DNA of 64,000 bases from Sphingomonas sp. (GCF_025363195.1 NZ_JANYEK010000048.1:4629-68628); one strand, 5' to 3'. Counted from the stretch's first letter, positions 22,697-31,418 are shown. The notes: generated by a model not told the origin, from the letters alone. Numbers and translations are program-made.

Positions 22697-24681
22697 AACG
22701 CCTGCCCCAACGACACGTACACCGCGACCCGCGCATCACCCGGCTGGGGGTTGACCGGGGTGCCGACATCGACGCGGATCGGCCCGAAGTTCGAATAATA
22801 GCGCACGCCAAGCCCTGCGCCGAAACGGAATTCGCTGAATTTGGGCAGTGGCGAGGTGTAGATATTGCCGCCATCCAGGAACGGCACGATGCCGAAATTG
22901 CCGAACGCCTTCACCCGCGCCTCCAGCGAGAATTCGGTCAGGCTGCGTCCCCCGATCGGAGCATTGTTCGGGTCTCGCGGGCCGATATCCTGATAGCCGT
23001 AGCCGCGCACCGAGGCCCCGCCACCGGCATAGAAACGCCGGGACGGTGCCACCGCATCGCGCGGCGCGCCGACGATCGTGCCCAGCCGCACGCGCCCGGC
23101 GACGACTAGCGCCGGCGTAACGGATTTATAGGCGCTGGCATCGAACTGAACACGCGCATAGCCGAACACCTGGCCCTGCAATGACACCTCCGGCGACACC
23201 CGCCCGCCAAGCCGGAATCCCCGCGTCGGATTGAGCAGATCGTCTGACCCGTCATATGTCAGGCTCGTCGGCGCTGCGCCGATGAAGAAGGTACGACGGC
23301 GCGGCGCACCGGTCGACAAGATCACGTCGCGTTCGTCCGAGGCGACCAGTTCGGCACCGAGCGACCACGTCCAGGTCTTCTGGAAGAAGATGTTGGTCTG
23401 CCGCTCCAGCGTTCCGGACAGCAAAAAACTGGTGGCCTGATAGGCATTGCGTTTCAGATTGGAGGCGACCGCCTGAAAGGTCAGCACCCGGTCACGATCA
23501 TGGAAATTGTTGCGACGGAACACGACGCTGCCCAACTGCTCCTTCGTGCCGAGTACGCCACGCAAGGTCAGCGCGCCTTCGGGCGGAAACAGGTTGCGAT
23601 GCGTCCAGCTGACTTCGGCGCGCGCGCCTTCACCCGCGCCATAACCTAGTTCACCGGCAATGGTGTGCGGCGGCGCGGGCGCCACCGTCACCGCGATATC
23701 GACCACGCCCGGCATCGCACTCTGCACCGGCTTGATATCCACCGTCGAGACCAGACCGGTCTGGATCAGCGCGCGCCGAAGATCGGCGATCTGCGTGTCG
23801 CTATAAGGATCGCCGGGTGAAAAGCGCGCGATGTCGGCCATATGGTCGGCGTCGAACACCGTGTTGGGCAGGCTGGTGATCTCGCCGAAGCGTTTCTCGC
23901 CGCCCGGCGTCACCTTCATGTCGAGCGTGGCGGTGTGCGCCGCGCGATCGACCACGATTTCGGGATCGCTGACTTTGGCGAAGGGAAAGCCCTCGTCGCC
24001 GATTTTGCGGGTCAGATTGGTCTGCCCTGCAACGATCGTGTCGGCATTCACCGGATCATCGGTCTGTATGCCAAATGCACTGCGCAATGCGGTTGTCTTC
24101 ACCCCCGCATCGGCCAAGCCATTCACCGTCACACCGGCAAAGCGGTACAACACGCCCGGATCCGCCTCCAGCGTGACCAACGGCTTGCCGCCGCGCGGTT
24201 CGATACGGCTGGTGACGCGCGCGTCGTAATAGCCCTCGCCCCGCAGCAGCCCGGTGAGCAGTTCGACGTCCTCGGTCGCGCGCCGGTCGAGTTGGGCGGC
24301 GTTGGCCGGGGCGTTGGAATGCTGCTTCAGGGTGGAAAGTTCATCGAACCGCTGGCGCAGCAGTGGGCTCTCCACTGCATCGATTCCGCTAACGGCGTAG
24401 GAATAGCGCGTCTCGCCGACCAATTCGAGCGTCGCCGAAGGATCGACCGGCTCGGCGGGCGCCTTGGCAAGGTCGGGCCAGTCCACGCCCAGATTCGGCA
24501 AGGGCGCGAGCGGGGCGTTGGGATCGAGCTGGGTTTCATCCGGTGCGCCAGTCGCCGAATTGCCAGGCGTCGAAACACCCGGCGGCGCCGCGACCTGCGC
24601 GTATGCTGCGGGGGCCGTGACGGCGAGGAGAAACACGGCGGCGCCACACACCGCGCCATGCCGACCGACCGGAAGAGACAT
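22693..24681 (-). CDS. tamA: Translocation/assembly module TamA (Omp85 family)
   Basis: POTRA GYY/GFP motifs, RFYAGGGASVRGY and C-terminal YVSLGQAF. Start uncertain. Confidence 0.9.
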   Translation of the reverse strand: MSLPVGRHGAVCGAAVFLLAVTAPAAYAQVAAPPGVSTPGNSATGAPDETQLDPNAPLAPLPNLGVDWPDLAKAPAEPVDPSATLELVGETRYSYAVSGIDAVESPLLRQRFDELSTLKQHSNAPANAAQLDRRATEDVELLTGLLRGEGYYDARVTSRIEPRGGKPLVTLEADPGVLYRFAGVTVNGLADAGVKTTALRSAFGIQTDDPVNADTIVAGQTNLTRKIGDEGFPFAKVSDPEIVVDRAAHTATLDMKVTPGGEKRFGEITSLPNTVFDADHMADIARFSPGDPYSDTQIADLRRALIQTGLVSTVDIKPVQSAMPGVVDIAVTVAPAPPHTIAGELGYGAGEGARAEVSWTHRNLFPPEGALTLRGVLGTKEQLGSVVFRRNNFHDRDRVLTFQAVASNLKRNAYQATSFLLSGTLERQTNIFFQKTWTWSLGAELVASDERDVILSTGAPRRRTFFIGAAPTSLTYDGSDDLLNPTRGFRLGGRVSPEVSLQGQVFGYARVQFDASAYKSVTPALVVAGRVRLGTIVGAPRDAVAPSRRFYAGGGASVRGYGYQDIGPRDPNNAPIGGRSLTEFSLEARVKAFGNFGIVPFLDGGNIYTSPLPKFSEFRFGAGLGVRYYSNFGPIRVDVGTPVNPQPGDARVAVYVSLGQAF

Positions 24682-24749
24682 TTGCCCGTCCTAGCCGCAC
24701 TGATGCGCCAGCGACAGGCCTTAAGCGCCGGTTTTCTCGTGAGTCGTGG

Positions 24750-24962
24750 TTAGTGGACCGTGCCCACGGCACGATTGACCGACAGCAACACGATTAGCCG
24801 CTCGATCTGGCGCCAGCGGCAGAAATGGACGTGGTTTCCCACGTCGCGACTGTGGTCCGCCCGGGCGGCCGCCTCGAAGCCCGCATCATCGCCGAACTTC
24901 GTCATCAGATCCGCCGCATCGAACACTTCGATACGGTCGGCGAGATACGGCAAATGAGACAT
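24750..24962 (-). CDS. Small hypothetical protein (70 aa)
   Basis: MSHLPYL...FG..A..EAAARA..SRDVGNHVHFCRWRQIER...GTVH, with GGGGA SD and an upstream sigma54-like promoter. Confidence 0.75.
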   Translation of the reverse strand: MSHLPYLADRIEVFDAADLMTKFGDDAGFEAAARADHSRDVGNHVHFCRWRQIERLIVLLSVNRAVGTVH

Positions 24963-24994
24963 CGAATTCCCCGGCATTACGTGCGCGAGAGGAT

Positions 24995-25010
24995 TGCACT
25001 CCGCGTGCCA
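24995..25010 (-). promoter_or_regulatory. Putative sigma54 (-24/-12) promoter
   Basis: Minus strand reads TGGCAC-GCGGA-GTGCA, one mismatch to TGGCAC-N5-TTGCW, about 33 bp upstream of the ATG at 24962. Confidence 0.6.
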
Positions 25011-25128
25011 GAAATGACCATGCGCGGCGCGGCGCGGCAGACGGTGGTAAACGCTTTCCAGCGCACCGCCCCACTGGTCCCACCGTGGGACGCTGGCGTA
25101 CCGAGACGGGACATGGCAGGGGATGCCA

Positions 25129-25317
25129 ATGGCTGACATCCCCCCAAATCGCGCACCCAATCGACAGGCCGGCGGCTTCCTGATCGCGATCGGCACAATG
25201 ATCGGCGCCAGCATCGGCTTCCTGTACGGGCAAGCGACCCCCGGCTTCCTGATCGGCGCGGGCGCAGGCATCGCGCTGGCGGTGGCAATCTGGTTGATCG
25301 ATCGCCGGCGGGACTGA
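25129..25317 (+). CDS. Small two-TM membrane protein
   Basis: AGGFLIAIG...G...GQ...G...G glycine-rich hairpin ending in WLIDRRRD. Confidence 0.7.
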   Translation: MADIPPNRAPNRQAGGFLIAIGTMIGASIGFLYGQATPGFLIGAGAGIALAVAIWLIDRRRD

Positions 25318-25355
25318 GGGGATCGTGCGTCGACGTAACGGGTCGAGCGTAAACG

Positions 25356-25997
25356 TTATCGCAGGGCGCGCGACAACCATACGACCTTGCCGATAATCTC
25401 GACGTCGCTCACAGCGCAATCGGGTAGCGCGGGATAATCGGGGTTATCGCTGCTGATCTTCACTCGATCGCCAGCCCGCACAACGCGTTTTACGACAAGC
25501 GTACCGTCGATCCGCAGGACGTAGATCGCGCCGCGACTATCGATCCTACGGTCGGCCTCATCGACCATGATGCGGTCGCCATGCTCGATCACCGGTGCCA
25601 TCGAATCGCCCGCAGCGTCGATCATCGCCAGACTGGACGACCGGATACCGAGCCGCTCCAGCATGGCCCGGTCGAACGGCAGGGTCGCCGTGGCGCGTTC
25701 TGCTTCGACCAGCCGCCCCGGCCCGGCCGATGCCGCGATATTCAGCAACCGCACGGCAATCGTCGTGGTCGGCGTTGGCGCTGACGCAACCGGCCCACCC
25801 AAAACGACCTCCTCGACCCGAAAATAGGCCGCGAGTATCCGCCTGTCACGCTCGGCCAGCAGGCGCGGCGTACCGCGCTTCACGAATTGCTGGAGATACG
25901 CATCGTTACGCCCGAGCAGGCGCGACAGGGCGGCAAGGCTCTCCCCGAACGAGACGGCGAGGGTCTCGATAACCCGGCGTGGATCCGATTGCTCCAT
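25356..25997 (-). CDS. CI-like HTH / S24 self-cleaving repressor
   Basis: N-terminal HTH (SLAALSRLLGRNDAYLQQF), ASAGPG cleavage site, GDSM catalytic Ser, VKR catalytic Lys, SDNP.Y and IIGKVVW. Confidence 0.9.
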   Translation of the reverse strand: MEQSDPRRVIETLAVSFGESLAALSRLLGRNDAYLQQFVKRGTPRLLAERDRRILAAYFRVEEVVLGGPVASAPTPTTTIAVRLLNIAASAGPGRLVEAERATATLPFDRAMLERLGIRSSSLAMIDAAGDSMAPVIEHGDRIMVDEADRRIDSRGAIYVLRIDGTLVVKRVVRAGDRVKISSDNPDYPALPDCAVSDVEIIGKVVWLSRALR

Positions 25998-26013
25998 TAT
26001 CGAGCGATAGCCG

Positions 26014-26027
26014 TAGGAATTTTCCTA
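26014..26027. promoter_or_regulatory. Putative operator palindrome TAGGAA-TT-TTCCTA
   Basis: AT-rich inverted repeat 16 bp upstream of the repressor start. It overlaps a TAGACA -35-like hexamer (26026-26031) of the divergent gene. Confidence 0.7.
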
Positions 26028-26045
26028 GACAAGTTGGAATGCGCG

Positions 26046-26060
26046 GAACATTTCAGGAAC
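26046..26060 (+). promoter_or_regulatory. Alphaproteobacterial LexA (SOS) box
   Basis: GAAC-ATTTCAG-GAAC matches GAAC-N7-GAAC exactly and lies 50 bp upstream of the Cro-like ATG. Confidence 0.75.
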
Positions 26061-26110
26061 AGAACCGGGACTCGAAAGGCCAAGGTTCTGGGCAAAAGGA
26101 GAATCGCGAC

Positions 26111-26290
26111 ATGCCGGTACTGAGGAAGATCGAAAGTTACCTCCGGAAAAGCAAAATGCCGGAGACAAGGTTCGGCCGCATGGCGGTCAACGATCCCCGA
26201 TTGGTTCGCGATCTGCGAAACGGACGCGAGCCAGGCTTTCGCCTGACGCAACGGATCGAGGCGTTCCTCGCCGATCGGGCACCGCGATGA
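26111..26290 (+). CDS. Cro-like small HTH protein (59 aa)
   Basis: MPVLRKIESYL...ETRFGRMAVNDPRLVRDLRNGREP. AAGGAG SD. Divergent from the S24 repressor. Confidence 0.8.
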   Translation: MPVLRKIESYLRKSKMPETRFGRMAVNDPRLVRDLRNGREPGFRLTQRIEAFLADRAPR

Positions 26291-26598
26291 GCCGCGGGCC
26301 AGATATCGGCACATTGCTGGTGCGCACCCTTTATCGCGATTCGGTCGCGAAGAACTGCCCGGTGGAAATCGTCGCGTCGGACTGGGTGCGCTGCGCCAGT
26401 GCGACTTTCGTCGGCGCGCGCCATGCGATGACCTGGACCGCGTTGCCCTCGCCTGCGCTGGAGACATGGCTGGCAGGATTGCCCGAGGCGGACTTCGACC
26501 TGCGCGGACACCTGCTCGCCGACCTCACCATTGCGGCGGTCACGCGCACGGCGACCAGCGTGGGAATCGAAATCGAGGCGTTGACGGTGGAGGGCTGA
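26287..26598 (+). CDS. Hypothetical protein, possible remote DUF3168 tail-terminator-like fold
   Basis: ATGA-coupled to the Cro-like gene. Motifs ASATFVGARH, FDLRGHLLADL and IEALTVEG. The fold call is inference. Confidence 0.7.
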   Translation: MSRGPDIGTLLVRTLYRDSVAKNCPVEIVASDWVRCASATFVGARHAMTWTALPSPALETWLAGLPEADFDLRGHLLADLTIAAVTRTATSVGIEIEALTVEG

Positions 26599-26602
26599 GC
26601 CC

Positions 26603-27454
26603 TCAGCGCGCGGCCGCCAACCGGCGCAGCGTCGACAGCGCTTCCTGCAGCGAATCGTTGCGCGATGCCGGCTTGGTCACGATCTGGACCTCGCGACGGA
26701 CGACGCTTTTCTCCAACCGGTCGAGCAGGACGTGAATGCTGGCCGAGGGGTCGAAATCGCTGCGCGCGCGCGACGCGTCTGCCGCAGTCGGTTTCAGTTC
26801 GAACGTTTCGAAGCGCTCACTGGGCGCGAAGGTCTGCGGACGCTCGGCCTGAACGGGCGGCTTGGCGGGGATGAACCAGTCGAGCGGCTGTTCCGGAATG
26901 GCATGGGGATCGAACGCGGCAAGCGGCTGATCGAGATCGATCGGCAGATCGGCCTCGACCGGGGCGACGAACGGCACCGCCTGCGGGTGCGCCGGCGCGA
27001 ACACAGCATCTTCGATATCGTCGGCCACGACATGGATCGGCGCGCGTACATCGAGGAAGGGCGTGCCGAGATCGCTATTTGCGAATAAGGGCCGGCGCGC
27101 CGGGGCGTCGGGATGGGCATCGGCGCGGCGCAGGACAGGAAGCTCGGTAGCGTCGGCATCATCCGATCCACCAAAGACCGCGATCGATCGGGTGCCGACC
27201 ATCAGATATAAAGCGAACCACGTGATCAGCCCGAGCCCGCCGCCACCGGCGAGCGTCAGCACAGCGCGGGCGGTGAAGCCCAAAGGCGGTTCCGCCGCCG
27301 GCACCACCGCGGCGATGCCGCTGTCCAGCACGAGATTGCCGAGCACGCTGCCGGGCGACAGCGCGAAGATCAGGGCCGTGATCGCCGCCACGCTCGCCGC
27401 AGCGAGCGGGGCGACGGGGAGGTTCAGGCGCTTGCGACGGAAGATTTCGACCAT
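26603..27454 (-). CDS. Hypothetical membrane-anchored protein with Pro/acidic tail
   Basis: N-terminal TM segments with AAEPPLG, RRADAHPDAPARRPL, a low-complexity linker and C-terminal amphipathic helices. Confidence 0.75.
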   Translation of the reverse strand: MVEIFRRKRLNLPVAPLAAASVAAITALIFALSPGSVLGNLVLDSGIAAVVPAAEPPLGFTARAVLTLAGGGGLGLITWFALYLMVGTRSIAVFGGSDDADATELPVLRRADAHPDAPARRPLFANSDLGTPFLDVRAPIHVVADDIEDAVFAPAHPQAVPFVAPVEADLPIDLDQPLAAFDPHAIPEQPLDWFIPAKPPVQAERPQTFAPSERFETFELKPTAADASRARSDFDPSASIHVLLDRLEKSVVRREVQIVTKPASRNDSLQEALSTLRRLAAAR

Positions 27455-28665
27455 ATTCCGGACGTTACGTCCTGCTTGGTGAGTTTTTGGTAAACGGGCG
27501 CGTAACGCGCGACGTTGACCGACCAATTGCGCTCCGTTTCCACAAACGCGCGGCCGCGCGTCCGCCGCGCCTGCCACACATGCCGGTCGGACAGCAGGCC
27601 GGAAAGCGCGGCGGCCATCGCTGCGGGGTCGTTCGGCGCGAACAGGGTGCCTGTCTCGCCATCTCGAATCAACTCGCGGTGGCCGCCGACATCCGATGCC
27701 GCCACCAAACGACGCTGCGCCATCGCCTCGAGCGGCTTCAGCGGCGTCACCAGATCGGTCAGCCGCATGAGCTTGCGCGGATAAGCCAGCACGTCGATCA
27801 CGCTGTAATAGCGATCGACCTCGCTATGCGGCACGCGCCCGACGAAGCGGATATGATCGGCGACCGGAGATGCAGCGGCCTGCGCGCGCAACGCCGCATC
27901 CATCGGTCCGCCACCGACCAGAACGAGGTATGCATCAGGTCGCGCCGCAACCACGATCGGCATCGCCGCGATCAGATCGTCCAGCCCCTCATAATCATAG
28001 AAGCTGCCGATGAACCCGATCACGTCCTTGCCGGTCAGCCCCAGCGACAAAGCGAGCGGCGCATCATAATCCAGCGGTGCGCCAAACATTTCGAGATCGA
28101 CGCCATTGGGCGACACGAGGATTTTGTCCGCCGGCACCCCGCGTTCGACCAGATCGCGGCGCAGGCCCTCGCAGATCACCGCCACGCCATCGGCCTTGTT
28201 CACCGCCCAGGTTTCCAGCGCGCGGATCGCCTTGTATTTCAACGATCCCTCGCTGCCCGTCCCGTTCCCCACCGCAGCATCCTCCCAGAATGCACGGATT
28301 TCATAGAGCAGGGGCAACCCGCGCTTTTTTGCGACCCTGAGCGCGGCGAGCGCATCCAGCACCGGCGAATGGGCGTGCAGGATGTCAGGGCGGAAGGTGT
28401 CGACCGCCGCATCGATCCGTTTGGCGAACGCGAAAATTTCGCGCAATTCGCCCAATGGACTGGGCAACGCACCCTTGGCGGCCGTGCGGTGGAAATCGAT
28501 CCCGTCCACCCTCTCCATTTCCGCATCGTATTTTCCGTGGCGCGGGCTGGTGACGGCGGCGACCTGCCACCCGCGCCGCATCTGGCTCTTCAGGATCGCC
28601 CGGGTGCGGAAGGTGTAGCCGCTCTGCAGCGGCAAGCCATGGTCGAGGACGTGGAGAATGCGCAT
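27424..28665 (-). CDS. GT4 glycosyltransferase, PEP-CTERM/exosortase A-associated type
   Basis: MRILHVLDHGLPLQSGYTFRT, HAHSP, YEIRAFWEDA, VTPLKPLEAMA, SDVGGHRELI. Confidence 0.9.
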   Translation of the reverse strand: MRILHVLDHGLPLQSGYTFRTRAILKSQMRRGWQVAAVTSPRHGKYDAEMERVDGIDFHRTAAKGALPSPLGELREIFAFAKRIDAAVDTFRPDILHAHSPVLDALAALRVAKKRGLPLLYEIRAFWEDAAVGNGTGSEGSLKYKAIRALETWAVNKADGVAVICEGLRRDLVERGVPADKILVSPNGVDLEMFGAPLDYDAPLALSLGLTGKDVIGFIGSFYDYEGLDDLIAAMPIVVAARPDAYLVLVGGGPMDAALRAQAAASPVADHIRFVGRVPHSEVDRYYSVIDVLAYPRKLMRLTDLVTPLKPLEAMAQRRLVAASDVGGHRELIRDGETGTLFAPNDPAAMAAALSGLLSDRHVWQARRTRGRAFVETERNWSVNVARYAPVYQKLTKQDVTSGIWSKSSVASA

Positions 28666-28751
28666 CGTGAACCTCCCTGCCACACCAGTGTTTAACGGCG
28701 CGTCAACCCAAGGCGGTTAACGCGAAGCCGACAGTATCTCCCCGAGTGGAC

Positions 28752-28793
28752 CCGCCGCCTCATGTCCGTCGCCTCATGCCCGTCGCCTCATGA
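28752..28793 (+). repeat. 3 x 14-bp tandem repeat CCGYCGCCTCATGN
   Basis: ccgccgcctcatgt / ccgtcgcctcatgc / ccgtcgcctcatga. Confidence 0.9.
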
Positions 28794-28945
28794 TTGACAA
28801 CCTTGCCCTTGCCATCAGCCACGGCCTGATGCTGCTCGCCGCTTGGCTGCTGCTCAAGCGGCCCGATCTCGACGATGACCCCGATCTGGATACTGAAGAC
28901 GCACCGCCGCCTTCGACGAAGAAGAAGGACAGGCCGCATGCGTGA
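28790..28945 (+). CDS. Small membrane protein (51 aa), not in the ORF track
   Basis: MIDNLALAISHGLMLLAAWLLLKRPDLDDDPD...RPHA*. The 3' end overlaps the ligase ATG by 8 bp. Confidence 0.7.
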   Translation: MIDNLALAISHGLMLLAAWLLLKRPDLDDDPDLDTEDAPPPSTKKKDRPHA

Positions 28946-30320
28946 TCTCGTCTTCGTTGCGTTTCTCGCCGCATTCTTCGCGTGCGGTTTCAAACGCCCG
29001 TTCATCTTCGTCCTGTCCTATGTTTATATCGACATCGTCAGCCCGCAGCGCCTGACTTACGTCCTGCTCAACACCGTGCCGATCTCGCTGATCGCGGTCG
29101 CGCTGGCGGTCGGCGGGTGGGCGCTGACCGACCAGAAGAAGGACAGTCGCGTCGCCCCGCGCCAGGTGTTGATCGTGGTCCTGCTGGTCTATTGCTACCT
29201 GACCACGCTGACCGCCGATTTCCCGGTCGAGGCGCACGACAAATGGGACTGGGTGTGGAAGGCGCTGGCCTTCGCAGCATTCCTGCCGCTGACTCTTCGC
29301 ACCAAATTGCGCATCGAGGCGTTACTGCTGATCATGATTCTTGCCGCCTCGTCGATCATCATGGTCGGCGGCATCAAGACAATCGCCAGCGGCGGCGGTG
29401 GATACGGCCAGCTCGACCTGATGGTCGCCAACAATTCCGGCCTGTACGAGGGCAGCACGATCAGCACCGTGGCGATCGCGATCATCCCCATCATCTTGTG
29501 GTTCACGAAACACGGCACCGTGTTCCGGCCCGATTGGAAGGTGAAAATCTTCTGCTATGGCCTCGTCTTCGCCTGCCTGTTGATCCCGGTCGGTACCTCG
29601 ACCCGCACCGGCCTGCTGTGCATCGGCCTGCTCGCGGTGCTGATGCTGCGCGATACCAAGCGCAAGGTATTGTACCTCGGCGTGCTGGCCGTGCTCGCCG
29701 TTGCGGCGATCCCGTTCCTGCCCAGCACCTTCACCAACCGCATGAGCACGATCCAGACCTACAAAGGCGACGAATCCGCCTCCACCCGGCTCGCGGTGTG
29801 GAAATGGACGTGGGCATATGCGCAGGATCACCCGCTGGGCGGCGGTTTCGAAATGTACCGCCAGAACCAGATCCGCTACGACACCGACCTGCTGGAACGC
29901 GGCGATGACGGCCAGCAACGAATGGTCCACAAGGTGCTGGTCGACAAGGCCCGCGCGTTCCACAGCGCCTATTTCGAGACGCTCGGCGAACAAGGTTTTC
30001 CGGGGCTCATCATGTGGCTGATGATCAACGTGATCGGCCTGTTCCGTATGGAAGTCATCCGCCGCCGCTATCGCAAGCCGGCAGAAGGCGGGGAATGGAT
30101 CGCCCCGCTAGCCGGGGCATTGCAAGCGGCGCAATTGTGCTACCTGCTCGGGGCGGCCTTCATCGCGATCGCGTTCCAACCGTTCATCTATATGCTGCTG
30201 GGCGCTCAGATCGGGCTCGATACGTATCTCGCGCGCAAACGCAGCGAGCAGAGCTTTCGGCCGATGCGCAAAGTGCGGCCGTCAGTGCCTGAGGCGCTGC
30301 CTGACAGCGTGCCCGCATGA
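28938..30320 (+). CDS. O-antigen-ligase-like putative O-glycosylation ligase, exosortase A-associated
   Basis: MRDLVF start, multi-TM, STRTG, SASTRLAVW, HPLGGGF, AFHSAYFETLGEQGFPG. Confidence 0.88.
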   Translation: MRDLVFVAFLAAFFACGFKRPFIFVLSYVYIDIVSPQRLTYVLLNTVPISLIAVALAVGGWALTDQKKDSRVAPRQVLIVVLLVYCYLTTLTADFPVEAHDKWDWVWKALAFAAFLPLTLRTKLRIEALLLIMILAASSIIMVGGIKTIASGGGGYGQLDLMVANNSGLYEGSTISTVAIAIIPIILWFTKHGTVFRPDWKVKIFCYGLVFACLLIPVGTSTRTGLLCIGLLAVLMLRDTKRKVLYLGVLAVLAVAAIPFLPSTFTNRMSTIQTYKGDESASTRLAVWKWTWAYAQDHPLGGGFEMYRQNQIRYDTDLLERGDDGQQRMVHKVLVDKARAFHSAYFETLGEQGFPGLIMWLMINVIGLFRMEVIRRRYRKPAEGGEWIAPLAGALQAAQLCYLLGAAFIAIAFQPFIYMLLGAQIGLDTYLARKRSEQSFRPMRKVRPSVPEALPDSVPA

Positions 30321-31414
30321 ATGAGGCCAGGCCAGAACTCCGGGCGCTGACCAGCGTGCGCGGGATCGCGGCGTGGTTCGTCGTTTTGTATCACATCCGC
30401 CTGTCGATCGCGGGATTGCCGCCTACGTGGACGGCGGTGTTGGCCAAAGGCTATCTGGCGGTCGATTTCTTCTTCCTGCTCTCGGGGTTCGTCATCTGGC
30501 TGAGCTGGAGCGAGAAACTGCGCGCTGGCGGATTCGGAACCGTACCGGAGTTCCTGCGCAGACGCATCGCGCGGATATGGCCCCTGCACCTGTTCATGCT
30601 CGGTTGCGCGGGCATGCTGGCCTTGTTGCTGTTGGCCACCGGGCGGCACGATGCAGCGGAATATCCGTTCGACCTGCTACCGCTCCATATGCTGCTGCTG
30701 CAGAATTGGGGCTTTACCGATCGGCTGGCGTGGAACGACCCGAGCTGGTCGATCAGCGTGGAGCTGGGCGCGTATCTGCTGTTTCCAGTATTGGCGATGG
30801 CGATCGCATGGCGTCGCGTGCCGAGTTGGGCAATCTTGGCCACGATCATCGCGCTCTTTGTGGTTCTGGCGGCGGTGTTTGCCAGCGTCGGCAGCGTCTC
30901 GCTCGGCTACGAAATCGCACATTTCGGGCTGATCCGCTGCGTGATCGAATTCACTGCCGGTACCGCTGTCTCCGCTTTGTGGCTGCGCTGGAAAGATAGT
31001 CCTGCCCGGCCCGCTCTGGTCACGATTGGCATTGGAGCCGTGCTGATCCTGTCCTGGCGCGCAGGCCTGCCTGAAACGCTCGCCATACCGGCGCTGTTCG
31101 CCGCGCTGTTGCTGGTCCTAGCGCTCACCGCCGGGCTACGTCATAATCCGCTCGATGCGCGCTGGCTGCATTATCTGGGCGAAATTTCCTACGCGACCTA
31201 TCTGGGCCATTTCCTGCTGTTCGTGGCGTTCAAACTGGCGCTGGTCGATGACGCGCACGCCATCCCGCCGCTACTGATCGTTTTATATCTGCTGCTTGTC
31301 CTAGGCAGTTCGATTGCGCTCTATCATCTGGTCGAGCGCCCGGCGCAGAAGTGGTTCAACCGCCTCGCCCTCCCCGTCGGTTCGACGGGAAAGGCGAGGC
31401 CGTTGCCGCATTAG
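30317..31414 (+). CDS. Acyltransferase family 3 (OafA-like)
   Basis: LTSVRGIAA..VV.YH, VDFFFLLSGF, RRIARIWP, WSISVE, GEISYATYLGH, VERP. Confidence 0.92.
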   Translation: MNEARPELRALTSVRGIAAWFVVLYHIRLSIAGLPPTWTAVLAKGYLAVDFFFLLSGFVIWLSWSEKLRAGGFGTVPEFLRRRIARIWPLHLFMLGCAGMLALLLLATGRHDAAEYPFDLLPLHMLLLQNWGFTDRLAWNDPSWSISVELGAYLLFPVLAMAIAWRRVPSWAILATIIALFVVLAAVFASVGSVSLGYEIAHFGLIRCVIEFTAGTAVSALWLRWKDSPARPALVTIGIGAVLILSWRAGLPETLAIPALFAALLLVLALTAGLRHNPLDARWLHYLGEISYATYLGHFLLFVAFKLALVDDAHAIPPLLIVLYLLLVLGSSIALYHLVERPAQKWFNRLALPVGSTGKARPLPH

Positions 31415-31418
31415 CCGA

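Noticed and set aside
25356-26598. Intact prophage
   Set aside because: No integrase, replication, packaging, capsid or lysis genes. Reported instead as a minimal module.
28692-28720. CtrA site TTAA-N7-TCAAC between the divergent glycosylation genes
   Set aside because: One mismatch in a short motif. Plausible but not supportable without conservation data.
28752-28793. CRISPR or iteron array
   Set aside because: Only three adjacent 14-mers, with no spacers and no cas or rep gene.
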